Assembly (NCBI RefSeq): GCF_001949145.1
Contig: NW_019091358.1
Location: 2,056,240-2,120,239 of the forward strand
DNA: 64,000 nucleotides
From: Acanthaster planci
Lineage: Eukaryota
Direction: 5' to 3'
The number at the start of each line of letters is the position of its first letter. Within the stretch, counting starts at the first letter, position 1. The translations under genes were made by a program, and so were the position numbers. Positions 13,101 through 26,511 of this stretch are shown in pieces. The notes under the pieces were generated by a model. It was not told the origin of the DNA. It did no database searches and saw nothing but the letters and a program-made list of their open reading frames with translations.

Positions 13101-16100
13101 TGCAGAAGAAAAAGACAGAAGAACCTCGATAAAGATGTTTGAGAGTCAATCGAGAAAATGAAGTAATCTCTGCTCTTGGGAAGTTGATAACATTTCTGAA
13201 GAAACTCGGTATTAGTAAATTTATAAGTAAGTTTCATAAGGAAAAGCTAACACCTGTGCCCGTTGTGAACGATTCAATACTGTTTTCCGTTCCATTTGTG
13301 GTTCGTGTCCACCACACTTATCCTCATTTGCCCACGTTGATATGACTGATATGAAAACTAAAGTAGCATCAGCCACTTTACGAACATTTAGTATGCTTCA
13401 TTTCGTTTGGTGTATTTTTATTCTGATATTTACAAAAAGGCTTTTTGCCCGAGTTCCAAGATATTCAACAAAACAACAACAACAAAAAGAACAAAATAAA
13501 TGCTGGATTTAATTGACGCGTCTCTCCATGGAATAAAAGCAATATAACCGTAAATACATCTTAGCTCTTAATTTTTTAAAGTAGAGTAGAGTAAAGTCAA
13601 ACTTGTTGACAAAACGGGAATACCTCTCCACCCGCCAAATTGCAGGCCTCTGGGTGCATGATATGACTGTTCAAACATTGACCCTTTAGTGCAGAACAGT
13701 AGGGGCTTCCGAAGCTCTATCGCGTTTTCTTCTTCTCCTCGCAGATTGCAGTGAAAATAAAATGTTTTTAATTTCTGCGCATCCCTATCGCTCGAATGGT
13801 AAACTTGGGTTCGGTGTCGAGTTGCAGAAAGCTGAAATGCCAACGGGTAAACCAATACACAAGATATTGGCAGATTGCGATACGCAACAAATTGCGTTGA
13901 AAGGAGCGTGCTTAACCTCGCAATCCCCCCTGCACGATTATACTTTTGAAGGCCGAACTTTTTTTGATGGCAGGCTTTTAAACTAATAGGAGTGCAGTTG
14001 CTGCTCCGAGTGGAATGGCAAAACTCCCAAAGTTCGTCCAGTTTATTCTCTCTTTTAAACCGGATTCCTAGAAAGCATCATCTTATTTCCTATCTACTGT
14101 TGATGTTTTCACAATGATCATTTACAATGAATTTCTCGCAGGTACTAAATAACTTGAAGATCTTCAAATCCACAAAAGGAGACAATCTTTGGCCAAGTCT
14201 TTTCAGCTCGTGTTATATGAATGGATCTACTTCGTTACTGTGGCAACAAATCAAACCTGCTTGAGCAAAAGTGTGCAAAAAACAAATAATTTGTCAATTT
14301 ATGAAAGTGTATTTTCTGTGGAATTACCAAACGCTTTTGGCTGAATTGTTTAAATTCATATAGTTTTACATTAATCAAAATAGTGTTATTTCATTGTATG
14401 ATCTTTACCAATTGTATTTTCAATTTACATAATTACTTCATCAGAAACAGATGTGTTATTTTTTAGGTGATTAGAAGATTTTCATTGAGAAAATTCAGTA
14501 AATAATGTGGAAGAGTGACAACAGACAAAGTAAGTGCCTGGAAGACCCACGTATCTAACTGCTTATCAAAAACTCCAATAATAGTAGGATGCAGTTAACA
14601 GTCAATAATAAAACGTCATTTAAAAGCGAACTATTTAAAAAGGCGTTACTTTTCAAACAGGTTCGATGAAGATACACTTGAAAGTTTTGGGGGCTCATTT
14701 GTCCATAGTGCTCTTGGTTTGATCGATAAGAAAGGGGCAGGCACACATAAAAGACAAACAGGGATATCGAATGGCATCTTCAATGACCAAAGGGCCTGGA
14801 CATCGGGAGTCGATCGATTGCCTCGAAATGTCGACCGACGAGGAACTTTGTGCTTCCCACAAACCATTTCAGAGGGATCATCGGATCCAGCTTTTCTTGG
14901 ACGCCGTACCTTTTGTCAACACGGCGGCTGTTTTGACTGAAAATACGCCAATACGCTGTTTTTCAGATACCTGTATTAGAGATGCAACAAAATATCTTTG
15001 GCATGCCCAGCATCGCGTAACCAGGGGAACTCGCGGAAGACCTCTCAACGCACGCTCTAGTCTCTGCCAAAGGGAACAAAAAATAATTTTCCACTCTAAT
15101 AAAGCAGTTATCAATGCCAGACTCCATGTGGGTCTCCAATGGGCTGAGATATACACTGTCAGCTGCGAGATTAAACTGAAGGACAGACCCCTAAAAAATA
15201 TTATTTTTAAAATCTTCATAGAGCCATCACAAAAGTAATTATTTTGGGCAGCTGCAGCGGCATATTTGATATGCCTTCGTTTTCAATAAAAGGTGAAGAA
15301 TTACATTTTCATGATATGAATTTCATTATAAGCAAACTAATCAACGTTAAAATGTAAGAAAGAAACAATTAAAATGTGAAAACATTAAACATATACAATC
15401 TGCAACATAACAAATTGAATTTATTTCTTTAAAAAATGGAACACGGGCAATGTCTACTTTCGGTTATGACTTGCGCGTTGTTATAAATCGCTCAAAAATC
15501 ATTTCATGAGTACAGCATCTTTTCAACACTTTCAATAGAATTTTTCACTAGTGGATGGAAAAGATGGTACTTAATGGCAACATGGAAGGCAGGATACATC
15601 TTAATGTTCAGCACTAAAGACCCCTCTGGTACAACGACCAAGGCTGCAAACAACCCTTGAGTAAATTGCATTGCCCAGGCTCTCAATGAACGTTTAGCCA
15701 AGCGAAAAGACATACATTTTTAGAAAAAAGTAGAACAGATTTTATTTTAGCAAAATTAGTTTTTGATTCATAATCTTACTTTCGTTAATCGAAATAGCAG
15801 ACACAAACGTCTGCCTCTCCATAAAACAGTATCTGAATTCGTTTTTGTTTTGTTTGTTTGGTTTTTTTTTTTGGTCATTGATTCAACTTTTTATTTAAGC
15901 AAAATGAACAGCTGGAATTAAATCGTTTGTCATAATTTGAGTTTATATACCGTTAACCAGTTGCTTCAGGGCAAAGTTGTGTGTGTTTTTCTTCGTCACA
16001 CGTGGCTCGAAGTAGGAAGCTGAAGTTATGCGTGGCGGACAAGCAGTTACGAGCACAATTTACTTCAATCTCGTCATGTCAAAGCCTGTAGAGCACATAA

Positions 16101-18179
16101 TTGGGATACCACATTCACCTGTATTTTTGGCGCCAATACCTTGGCGTATCAACCACGCAAGCTATCATGAATAGCCACCAGAGAATTAAAGTGGAAGGTG
16201 GCGCAGGATGGCACGATTAAATCCTAAATACGGTGACACTTATTGCAGCCTTTTTCCTACCCAAGTGGGTTCGTGTCTTTGGAGTGACACTTCAAACCGT
16301 GAGCGAGACGTTAAAAACAGGATACATTTTTCTGTAAAGAGGATCACAAAAATCTGAAGAGTTAAGCTAACATTGAGAAACGTTTGTAAACATTTTGGGC
16401 TGGAAAGACAGGCTGGTGTTTAGCAAACTGTATGGGCGTTTTTAATAGCTTTAATTGCTCGATACTTCACTCTGAAGCTATGAGGTAAATGCAACGAAAA
16501 ATTCATACTTTAGTAGATAAAATACTGGCACTAACATATTTGTTTTTTTTTAAAGACTGAAATATGAATTTGTTTAGTTTTCACCCTTCTATATAAATCA
16601 TATATTGCAAACTGGTGGAAAGAAAATGAAGTCCAGTTTTTATTCTCGAGCAGTGAATACGTTCAACTTTATTGTTTTGTTTATTTTGGCAAGTTTGTTT
16701 CATAACGTTCCATTGACTTGTCAATGTAATTCATAGTTTGGTCATCTAATCTATGATATGCGGCTTTGTCCTTTGATATAATGTATTTTCTCATGTGTTA
16801 AGTGATTAGAATAAACGTTGTGGCGTCTTCTGTCTTGACAGATTCAGAGAAACCAATTCACTGGCCATCAGGGAAGGATAGTCATACCCGAGGAAAGGAC
16901 ACATTTAACACCGTGTCTTTCCTCTTTATCCCGTTTATAATAGCACCAATATTTAGCCTCAAGGATGAAAAAGGCCTGAAAGGGTAAATAAAGATTATTG
17001 TCCGTAATTGTCCCCAACAAAAAAGAGTTCCAAAGAAAATATGGTTCTGGCTCAGGGATATATCCTTAGGAAATACCGTAGTCTAACTTTAAAAAAGTGT
17101 TATTGGCTTCGGTACCATCGTAGAAGTTAATATCAATGGAGTTGTGCGATTCTGAGAACCATTTGCTTCAGCTCTGTTCGTCTAATTACATAAAGCATTG
17201 AAGCCATTATGTTGCGGTATGAAAAATATTCTCTTTTCTTGAACACTCGTGCTCCCATGAATCACAAGGTCTAATCGCAAACTGTTGCTTATTTCGAAAC
17301 ATGAGCCATGAGAAAAAAAACTGGATCCGTACTGTTCAACCATCAGCATACAAGGATATTGATTCGTTTGTCGCCGGCCCCGACACCGATCGTTGGCACT
17401 ACAGGCGTCCCTGTCCAGCAATTACTTCGCGCCGAAACCATAGTGATTGCTCCATTGTAAATTGGGTAAAGTTCCCTCTAGCCTTGCGCCTGCGGATGGC
17501 TGAATTTCATGAGCTCAGCGTCAATTCGCACAAAAGTTTCAATTTGACCGAAGTGGAAAGCCCCCTTGCACGTGCAATCAATGTAACGGCTCCACGAACA
17601 GTCTCTTTGTGAAGTGAAAGGTTTATTTCAAGAACTCAGGGATTACCCATCTGACTCGAGAATAGAAGTGGTTCTGACTCTCCTTTTGTCTTTTTAATGT
17701 ATTTATGTATTAAAAAGAATGATTGGTGTTAAGCGTGTAAATAGACGGCACGACGTCTAATAAATCGATGCTAATAAATGCTGTTAAGGTCTATGAAGTT
17801 TCATCACGTCAACAGAAGACATGAGAAGAGGTGAAAAATGGGTGCAGATGGAATAAAAAGAAAAGAAGTAAATAATTTTACGAACGTTAAATCAAGGGCA
17901 TTCGACGGGGCTGGGCAAGCCACAAAACTGGACCGCAGTAGGTGTACCTTAAGGGCAATTATTGGCTACCCATTTTTATTTGAAAACAGGACAATCCCTT
18001 TGAACATTTCCAACAAACTTATAATTACCAGATCACCTTTCTTGCGCTCAGATGAGATATTCGAAATTACAAACGAAAATTCATGTTAACTTTATTGTGC
18101 AGCTGAAAAAAATGAGTTTTCAAAGTGAGACCACAACCGTAATTATAGCAAAACTAGTCAGACACCCTTCTCATACCTG

Positions 18180-18935
18180 GGCGTGCAGTGAATAAAGAAC
18201 ATTTCAACAGCATAGTCAGAAATGGCGATCTCTTAATTATAGCCACTTTTACGTGGTGGTGTGACTAAAGTTGGCGTGACACAAGTTCGCATGTTTGTAT
18301 TGTACGACGTTATTGACCAAATTCTGATAGTTTATTAAATTCAGAGAAGGCATCTTGACCCAGCAAAGTCTGCAAATTGGATCCTAATTGATATCCTTAA
18401 TTAATAGTAATACTGAGTCAGACAAGATTATGACAGGTCAAATCGCTTTCTCATAAGGCAATCAAAGATGTCGGTCCTCCTCTCTGAAACGCCAGGGACC
18501 AAAATTGCAAAATGTTCACGGCGGTTTTTCGCGGGTATTTTGCTGGTCGCATCTACTCAGAGAGCACCAAGCACCTTTAACTAGATCCTAACGATATCCC
18601 TTCAGTTCAAATGACAGACAACGTCTCCATAATTGAAGTGGAAATATGAATTAAGTGTCTTCTCCGAGACAGAAAAAAATGAACAAGAATAGTGGTTGAA
18701 CACGAATTCTCCATACCAGCTGAGATATTAAATGAATTATGCCATCCATGGATAATGGCACGCAATGTTTGACAAAAGCCTACAGGGGAAAGCCCGGAAT
18801 ACAAACCGCTCGTCTATACTGGACTATCTTGATGAGACAGGGTTATCGTGGAGAGATGAAGCATTTGACATTCCGGCGCAAAGAGGGAGAAAAATCGCAT
18901 ACACTCCAGGCCGAGTTCAAAGGGCTCGGTTAAAG
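18180..18935 (+). mobile_element. Decayed 3' portion of an RTE-clade LINE (reverse transcriptase C-terminal half)
   Basis: Colinear motif remnants across frameshifts and stops: GVQ* (GIQW), GDLLIIA (ADDxxL), TKVGV (KVGL), IAFS..SSSL..TKI.KMFTAV..ILL (AF..W.S..TKI.LF.A.V..VLLY), TDNVSIIEV (W.D.VSNEEV), MDN..ARNV..KP.GK, and LDETGLSWRDEAFDIPAQR (L...GLSW.EA...AQDR). Confidence 0.7.
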
Positions 18936-20267
18936 TGCTTACTTCTTTTGCATTATGTATTACTGGTCGCTTTTGTAAGGCAGCGCCGCATGGCGCTGAG
19001 ACATATGTAAACCCAAACTTTATATTTATTGACCCAAGATCTGAACACACGATGGTTGTGATATTTGTCACTGTTATGTGTTAGTTGTCGTTTTTTGCAT
19101 ATATTTAAAGAAATGCCAGGCGTGTTTTAAAAATATCAATAGAGAAGATTAATCAATGGCTTCTGAATATGATAATTACCATTGCCCCTTAACCCAATCA
19201 ACGAATTCAAACTGACAAACAAGTGGCGAAGCCACAAATGCTAACTAACAACCCAACAAATGAAATCTGCCAAAAGGGTGACAACAGTCGCAATCATTTC
19301 ACTTTAATCGACGTTACTGCGAAATTACATGATACACTGCTAATACTTCACACTGAAGATGGGATGCAGATCTTTTTGAAAAGAGTACTCTCTCAACAAG
19401 CGATCAGCATGGACTAGCTGCTTGCATTTTGCTGCAGGCCTAGGGGGATAATGACCTCAACTCGGCGGCTAGGCCTGCAGAGCTTTTGCACTCAAGCGAA
19501 ACCAAGGGCATAATGTTCTATGGAAATGTTGACCAGTGATCCATATCTGCCGAGTACTTGTATCCCAGATGAGAAGCATCTCTTGTCATTTTAACACACT
19601 TTGGCCAGCATTCATGTGATCTTCTTTTATGACAGAATTTGCTATATAAGTCATCTAAACAAAAGACTGGGAATTTGGTCACTCTTTTTCCATTCTCATT
19701 CGTGAGTGCCATATGAAACATGTCGACAGTATCGAAGCTGGAGAGAAAATGTTATACACTACGTCAATTTGTACATGTTGTTTGCTTCACTTACATTGTT
19801 ACGCTATATCATATACAACAACTACAATGTGAATTTCCTGACAAAAATTCCACAACTATAATTCCATGAAACAGCACCATGTGCATTAACACTACAATCA
19901 AAGGCATTAACGCGATGTGTGATAATGTACAATATACAAACTGGCATTTCTACTGATTTGCATTGAAACTATATGGTATATATACCTTTTACATACAAAT
20001 ATAAAGACTATTTAAAAGAAAGCAATATAGATCCCTTAAATTTTACTCTTATCTTAAAATACTTCAGTTTTTAACAACAGAGTGTACTTTATTATCGTCC
20101 TGTGTATTACATTTTAATAAATACCCAAGCTGTGAAATTCCTATATATGGTATTGGGATATAATTGCAGTCTACGAGAAACAATCTTAATCTACCTATAA
20201 TCGCGTATGACATTTTCACGGATTCCCTTCCAACACTTAGTCTTAATGTTTCATCTGCAGGGCAAGT

Positions 20268-20445
20268 CAATGGCGTATCCAGTTCTTCGGTCCAGGGCAG
20301 GGGGTACAAAGACTTGGGGGGGGGGGGCTGGGGAAGAAAAAGAATGTTCATTTTTTATCTGTAAAAACGAATCCTCTGAAGAAAGAAAGGTGGTAGTACT
20401 GCTTTCGGTTCCTATTAACCCCCCCCCCCGCTGAATACGCCACTG
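20268..20445. mobile_element. hAT-like MITE
   Basis: 15-bp TIRs CAATGGCGTATCCAG / CTGAATACGCCACTG, with an internal G-run and C-run. Flanks GGGCAAGT / CAGTAAGT match at only 5 of 8 bases. Confidence 0.65.
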
Positions 20446-20599
20446 CAGTAAGTCCTCTGCCGCACTATTAGGCTAAAAGCTAAACTCCTGTTCTCTAAGG
20501 TGGTGACTAAATATACCTATTCACGGTTCTACAGAGTAAGAGAAGCTTTATGAGACTTCTGGTCACTCTAATTAAGGCTAGAATATTAACCACAAATAC

Positions 20600-20818
20600 C
20601 ACCCGATCCGACTACCCACCACTACTTATAAGTGAGGCCTGCGCAGCAAAATAGCCGGCAAGAACTGTGATGCTAATATATTATCGTATAATTGAATAGG
20701 GTAGGCAAACTTATAAGTGAGGTCGCACTTATAAGTTTGCCTACTCTATTGCATTAATTGTGCTGTATTTTGCTGCACAGGCCTCACATACAAGTAGCGG
20801 CGATAGTCGGATAGGGTG
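20600..20818. mobile_element. Palindromic MITE, copy 1 (CACCC...GGGTG termini, 7-bp TSD)
   Basis: Termini CACCCGATCCGACTA / TAGTCGGATAGGGTG. Perfect flanking direct repeat CAAATAC (20593-20599 and 20819-20825). Perfect inner 19-bp stem 20701-20719 / 20726-20744. Clearly homologous to 46443-46740. Confidence 0.9.
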
Positions 20819-23800
20819 CAAATACATATACACAAGTACAATTATATACGTACCGCAGAAGTCCATCTCTTAATACATTACTGAAACACATTCACAGAAA
20901 TAACAGCCTTATATACGTTTTAAGGAAGGAAATTTTATTTAAATTGAGCAAAACTATTTTCTACACCTTTTTAACTGTTCATTTCTGACAAGACAAAATA
21001 TTAAACATACACTGGTGCCTTTCATACGTGCTTATTCCACAAGTAATGATTTCCTGTGCATCGTTATTTCAAAAATTTACTAAGGAATCTTTAAGCTAAG
21101 TCTCTTTTAAGTCTCTACCAGTTTATAATCACTTCACTTGATTTCTAATTGCAAGTTGACCTCAGATTTACAAAGTGATTAGTAATGCAGACATTTTGTA
21201 AGAAGCTGCCCTTGATACACGATTCGTTATTGGTGCGTAATTTCTACATAGCTACCAAATTATGGACACAAATATCCAGGCCTACGTTTTGACCATAGTG
21301 CAGCTAACGAGGTGCAGTCTTATAAAAGTTACAAACTGCATCATACGGTGAATGTCTTCATATCTTGCTCAAGGGCTCCCCCACTGTCTGAAAACTGCAG
21401 TGCCATACATACGATTCCATATCAGATACCAAGGGGTACACACTTATCTTCTACGGGTTTGGCAGCACGGTACATGCGGAAATAAGAGTTCTGTTAGCAT
21501 CTCAAATCGCCTCTTCTAATCACTGGACATCGTAGGATCCAATTTCACTCCAGGATAACGTGACAATATCCTCACGATACTGGAATAGTTACAATATACA
21601 CACTCCGATAGTTCCAGTGTTGTCGAGATGACAGAAAATTAATACGACAGCCCTTACATCCAAACACCATGTGCGCAGCGTTTCCTGGACCTGTCAATAC
21701 CACACTTATGATTCTGCGTACTCTGTGTTTAGTTACACTCTCAGCAGAAAACAATACATTTACAGTGGTTGTTACAAGTGCAAGTGCAAAAGAAAAAAAA
21801 TTCTTAACATTTTACTGTTTGGCGCTTTCTAGATTCGTAGGTCTGAATCGAACCGTGGCTTCTCACCAGCTGACAGCTGTTCAGGCACCGAACAACCCAT
21901 CTTAAAGGATTTAAATGTTCCCTAGAGCCCGTATTGGTTAACTTTTAAGGATGTATCTGTACCACTTACTTGCGTATTTGTACTTTGGCCGACCACGCAG
22001 CAAGCAATTTAAGCAAGCGGTTGAAGAAATATATCAGAAAGCACTGACCAATTAGTTGGTGAGATGAGCTGTTCATACGGGGTTTCGCGCACTACATTGC
22101 CATATTAAAACTTCAAATACAGAAATGTGCACGCAATCAAAACAGTACGATTGGGGAAATATAAAGGCATACTCTGCACGTTCAATCTGAACAATCGTCG
22201 CCATGGGTCAGGCCAAAAACAGTGATGCAGCACTGTGTTACCTAAATGATGCCAACCCACGTTTACCTGCATAAGCACACAGGCAAGGATTCCCTAATCA
22301 TAATTCCGTTGACCTCAGATAGAAACCAAGGACTCGTTTAGCAAGTAGATCATGTAAATCTCTTTTTCTGTTGTGACGTGTGAACTGATAGGCCTATGTG
22401 CGCACAACAAAATTAATACTATCATTTTTGCCTAAAAATAGATAAAACGCGACTTTAACTAAGTTAAGGTGAATACAAATAATTATTTTAACAGTTTGAT
22501 CAATCAACTAACTTTCAATTAAAGGCAAGCCACCTGACCGTGCAAAGCTATTGCCAGTCGAGTGGTGACAACTCCACGCAGCTTTTCAATATCACGGTTG
22601 CCTCCTATTAAGTAAACACACACCAACGTAACACCCCAGTCTGCCACGCTATACAGTGATTCCGTGCTGGAAATACAGCAAGCAACGAGAGAGGTGGCTC
22701 AAAGGTGACATTTTGCAATTATGCTCTCCTTATTCTCCGGGGTAGTGAGGCCTGAAAAGGTCCTCCCCCAAACAACGAATATCAGGTCATGATTTCGACC
22801 ACCCTCGCCTTCTTAAGACACAAAATTAATTCAGTAATATCCTTTCCTCATAATTTCATACAATTTGTGCCCTAATGTTCAGTCTTACATATTCTGTTCT
22901 AAAATGTAAGTTTGTTTCAGAATACTTTTAGGTCCTTTTTCTGGTCCCTTTCTGTCAGCATCTTTTATGACAATGGGTAAACAGCTGATGCTTGGGTCTG
23001 TAGGAATCAACAGCACTCGTCTCGCACATATACATAAACCTCCTTATGCAAAAGAGGGGGAAAGATTTCACATGGAGGTATAGGGAGACCATAAGTGCGT
23101 TTCCCCTAATCTTTTCCAAGCACTAGACAGTTCCATCAGGTGCCAGATAGTGACGGAAAAGAGATCTGCCTCCCCATTTGTACGCACCGTAACTCTTTTA
23201 GGGTCCGACTGCGATTGCACATCACTGTTGGGGATTACAGTGCCATTAAATGCCTCCCCCGGTAGTAGGGCCAGATACGGAATTCCACTCGGGGTCGAGC
23301 TTTAAGTGTGTAACGCCAGCCGGTGCCTGTTACTTAAAAAGCATGAAACAAAACTGCTTCCAGGAAGTGAACAGAGAAGAGTTTGTGAAGCAGTGTCAGA
23401 CAAGGTCATTGTCTTCAAGACGACTCTGCAATCCATATTTGTATTAATTGGAAGAATGAGTGTTCTTAAATAAGTGCAGGGAGTAACAAAAAAATCACTG
23501 GCTTTTTCAATCAAAAGCAACTTCGGGTCCTCCTCGTCTTTTGGGCCTCCGTGTCATAGTAAACGAGTTTGGTGGATATTCGACACTCTGGATGTGTCAC
23601 TGGATTAGTAATTTGAGCGACTCCCTCTCAAATTTCGACCAAGATATAATAAAACCCATATCTATAATGGAACAGCGTTGCCCCCAATATGCTTTACGGC
23701 CTAAGTGCGGTGCTTTAAGACGCATGGAGCCTGCTCCGTGCGCATATTAGATATTATACAGTCCATCCATTGTCATCGCCAAATAAATGATGATTATGCA

Positions 23801-26511
23801 GGTAGTTTAGCATGGGACTAAAATTACTCTTGCTTAGTTTCTGAGGTACAAGCCAATATAGCATGTTATAATACACTGGCACACTCAACATGCATTCAAG
23901 AGAGATTTGATTTAAATTCAGACATGTGCCTGCGTATGCAAATGAAATCCTGTAACTATATAGGGACGTCCATCAACATAAGCTTGCTGTGTAAACTAGA
24001 ACAGGCAGCGTTTAACTGTAAATACGTCTTAATTACATAGTGGCCAGACGCTCAGCCCAACCCAACATTGCAATCATTTCATTGCATGTGATACGTTGAA
24101 GTAAATGCACACACACTAATGAATGACACGAATTGTACAGGCTAATTGGCTGTGTTTAGCAGACGGCTTTTCTCGTTACATGCCGCGCAACCATGCAACA
24201 TTACAGAAACCGCTAGTTTGACCAATACGTTTGGTACCGATAGCTCACCACTGTGTAAAGGATAATATATTACGTGGATGCAGCGTTCTTTTAAACTGAG
24301 AAAAATTACTTTGATTCAAGGTAATTTTCTCCTTCTGTCTAACCAACATCCTTGCACACTTTCTTGCGAAATGCGTTTACATGGGGGTAATAGGAGCGGA
24401 AGTGGAAAAAAAAAATCTCAGTATAAACGCTTGCATTTACGCAGACAGCTACACAGGGCTACACCTCGACTATACAATTCAGCAATAAATCTCACCTTCT
24501 TCCTTTTTTATTCACTAGGTTTCGAGTGACCGAGATAAGAGAGTAGATATCTAATGCAATTGCACGTACAAACGTGCAGGCATGCAAAAGTAAACAGCCA
24601 ACTTGCAACGCTCCTCTTTTTACCGCTCTGTGTGGGAGGGGGCACATATACATAGAATGTTACTCCCAAGGTTTAGATAAGCCCCAAACATAAGAAGACA
24701 CTCTGTCCGTTGATCTAGGCCAGTTGAGGATATTTAAAATGGCCCGTTGAACGGATCGTGTGCAATTTCTAGCTCATGTGTACATTTTGCCCTGGCAAGA
24801 AAATTGGCAATTGTGGGTTTTTCTTGAAAGTTTTCACTAAACGGACAGTCTGTGAGTCAGAGCGCACATTTAAGTAAAGATTGGCCTGTGTTTCACACCG
24901 TTCAATGAGTTTATCCGTAGTCGTTTGGCATTCAAATAACGAAAGTTCAGAGGACTTGTATACTTTTAAAAATCCTTAGTACTGCAGATATATATATTGT
25001 AAAACATGGCCATTATAAATGCGTATTTGTATTAAATGTAAACATGTAACCATTTCAAATTTAAACAACTTTTCGGAAATAAACGCGTTTCTGTGTTCAA
25101 AAAGAGTTATCACCCAGCGAACATGTGTTTTTGTTGTTATTTACACCCAAATGCGTCATTGTGTCTAAATTTAACAACACATAACCATGTATATTTTTAA
25201 AAAATCAACACGAAAACATGTTTAGCTTTGGACTATTACCACCACAACACGTTTATACAGTGTCACCAGAAATGGGTTCAATAGACGTTGAAACATTACC
25301 ATTTGTTTTTAGGGTGTAGCATTAAACAAAATATATTTCAAATCAGATTTCGATGAGTAGATCAGAAAAACATATCAGGCGCTGTAAATGGAAAAGAAAT
25401 GGCAGTTACTCCGTTTGCCAATTCTCTGACCTAAAGCACTAACCATTTTCCCATGAGATGTTTGTTTTCAATAGACCATAATTTATCCTAACATTGAGGA
25501 CGTTACGATGACAAAATACTGGAATTTTGGTATATAAATCAAGCCATGCATAACACTAGACAGTAATGCTGGCTGAAGAAAATACACAAAACAATCTTTT
25601 ATCTCTTCAAACTGGAGCAGAAATGCCAGTTGAAGTTTTCTGGATAGATGACCTGGACCCGAAATGCCGACATGTCATTGTGGTCGGATTGTTATCAAAA
25701 CCGCTCGTGGCCGATCAAGCTGATCAATGGTTAAGCATTATTTTAAAAACACCCAAGATGGGGAATTCTGTCATATTATTTTAGGCTACATGGACGCAAG
25801 TAGCCAGACAGTCAGGTTGATTCATTCGTGCGTTGGTTATTTTTGGCGCTTCCAAACTAGCACCACTGTACACTTCTGGGCTGCAGCTTCAAAATATTTG
25901 TTACCCGAGTGCACAAAGAAACTCGGCCACGCGCAATGAATTACACTGTCGTGGGATAAGAGTTCTGGACTGCAGCAAACTTGAAATGTGACATTTCCGT
26001 CCATCTATCAAGTATGAATACTGTGCTGTTAACATCAATGTGTATAAATTATGTGGATATGTAACAGTTTACACAGACAAACCATACAGGGTGTGCATGT
26101 CAGACCTTTTCTCGCGTTTTTGCGCCTCTTTACCATGCATAGACCTATAGATCATAATATACAATGTAGGCCTAAGTACACAACGGGCTCTGAACTATTT
26201 TGATACATGAACAACAAATGGCACAACAAAAAGAAAATAAACAATAAGCAAGTTACTTTGGTGCTGGGATCAACTGAATTGACATAAAGATACATAGAAA
26301 TTTCTGTACAAAGGAGCTGAATAGTCACGACATCAAGTTGAATAGTCTCTCTGGTCTGACCGAAGCTGGATAACATTTATACTGCGCAAGTCAAAATGTT
26401 GGTGTGTTATACTCACTCGCCCGTATTGGTATTCAGTATCGTGAATGAAACTGGCTACCTCACACTGTTCTATCAGTCCATTTTGTTTACAGGATTAAAG
26501 TGATCGTCAAG

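Noticed and set aside
14646..15238. Overlapping 70-155 aa ORFs on both strands
   Set aside because: No recognisable protein features or convincing splice structure, so probably non-coding.
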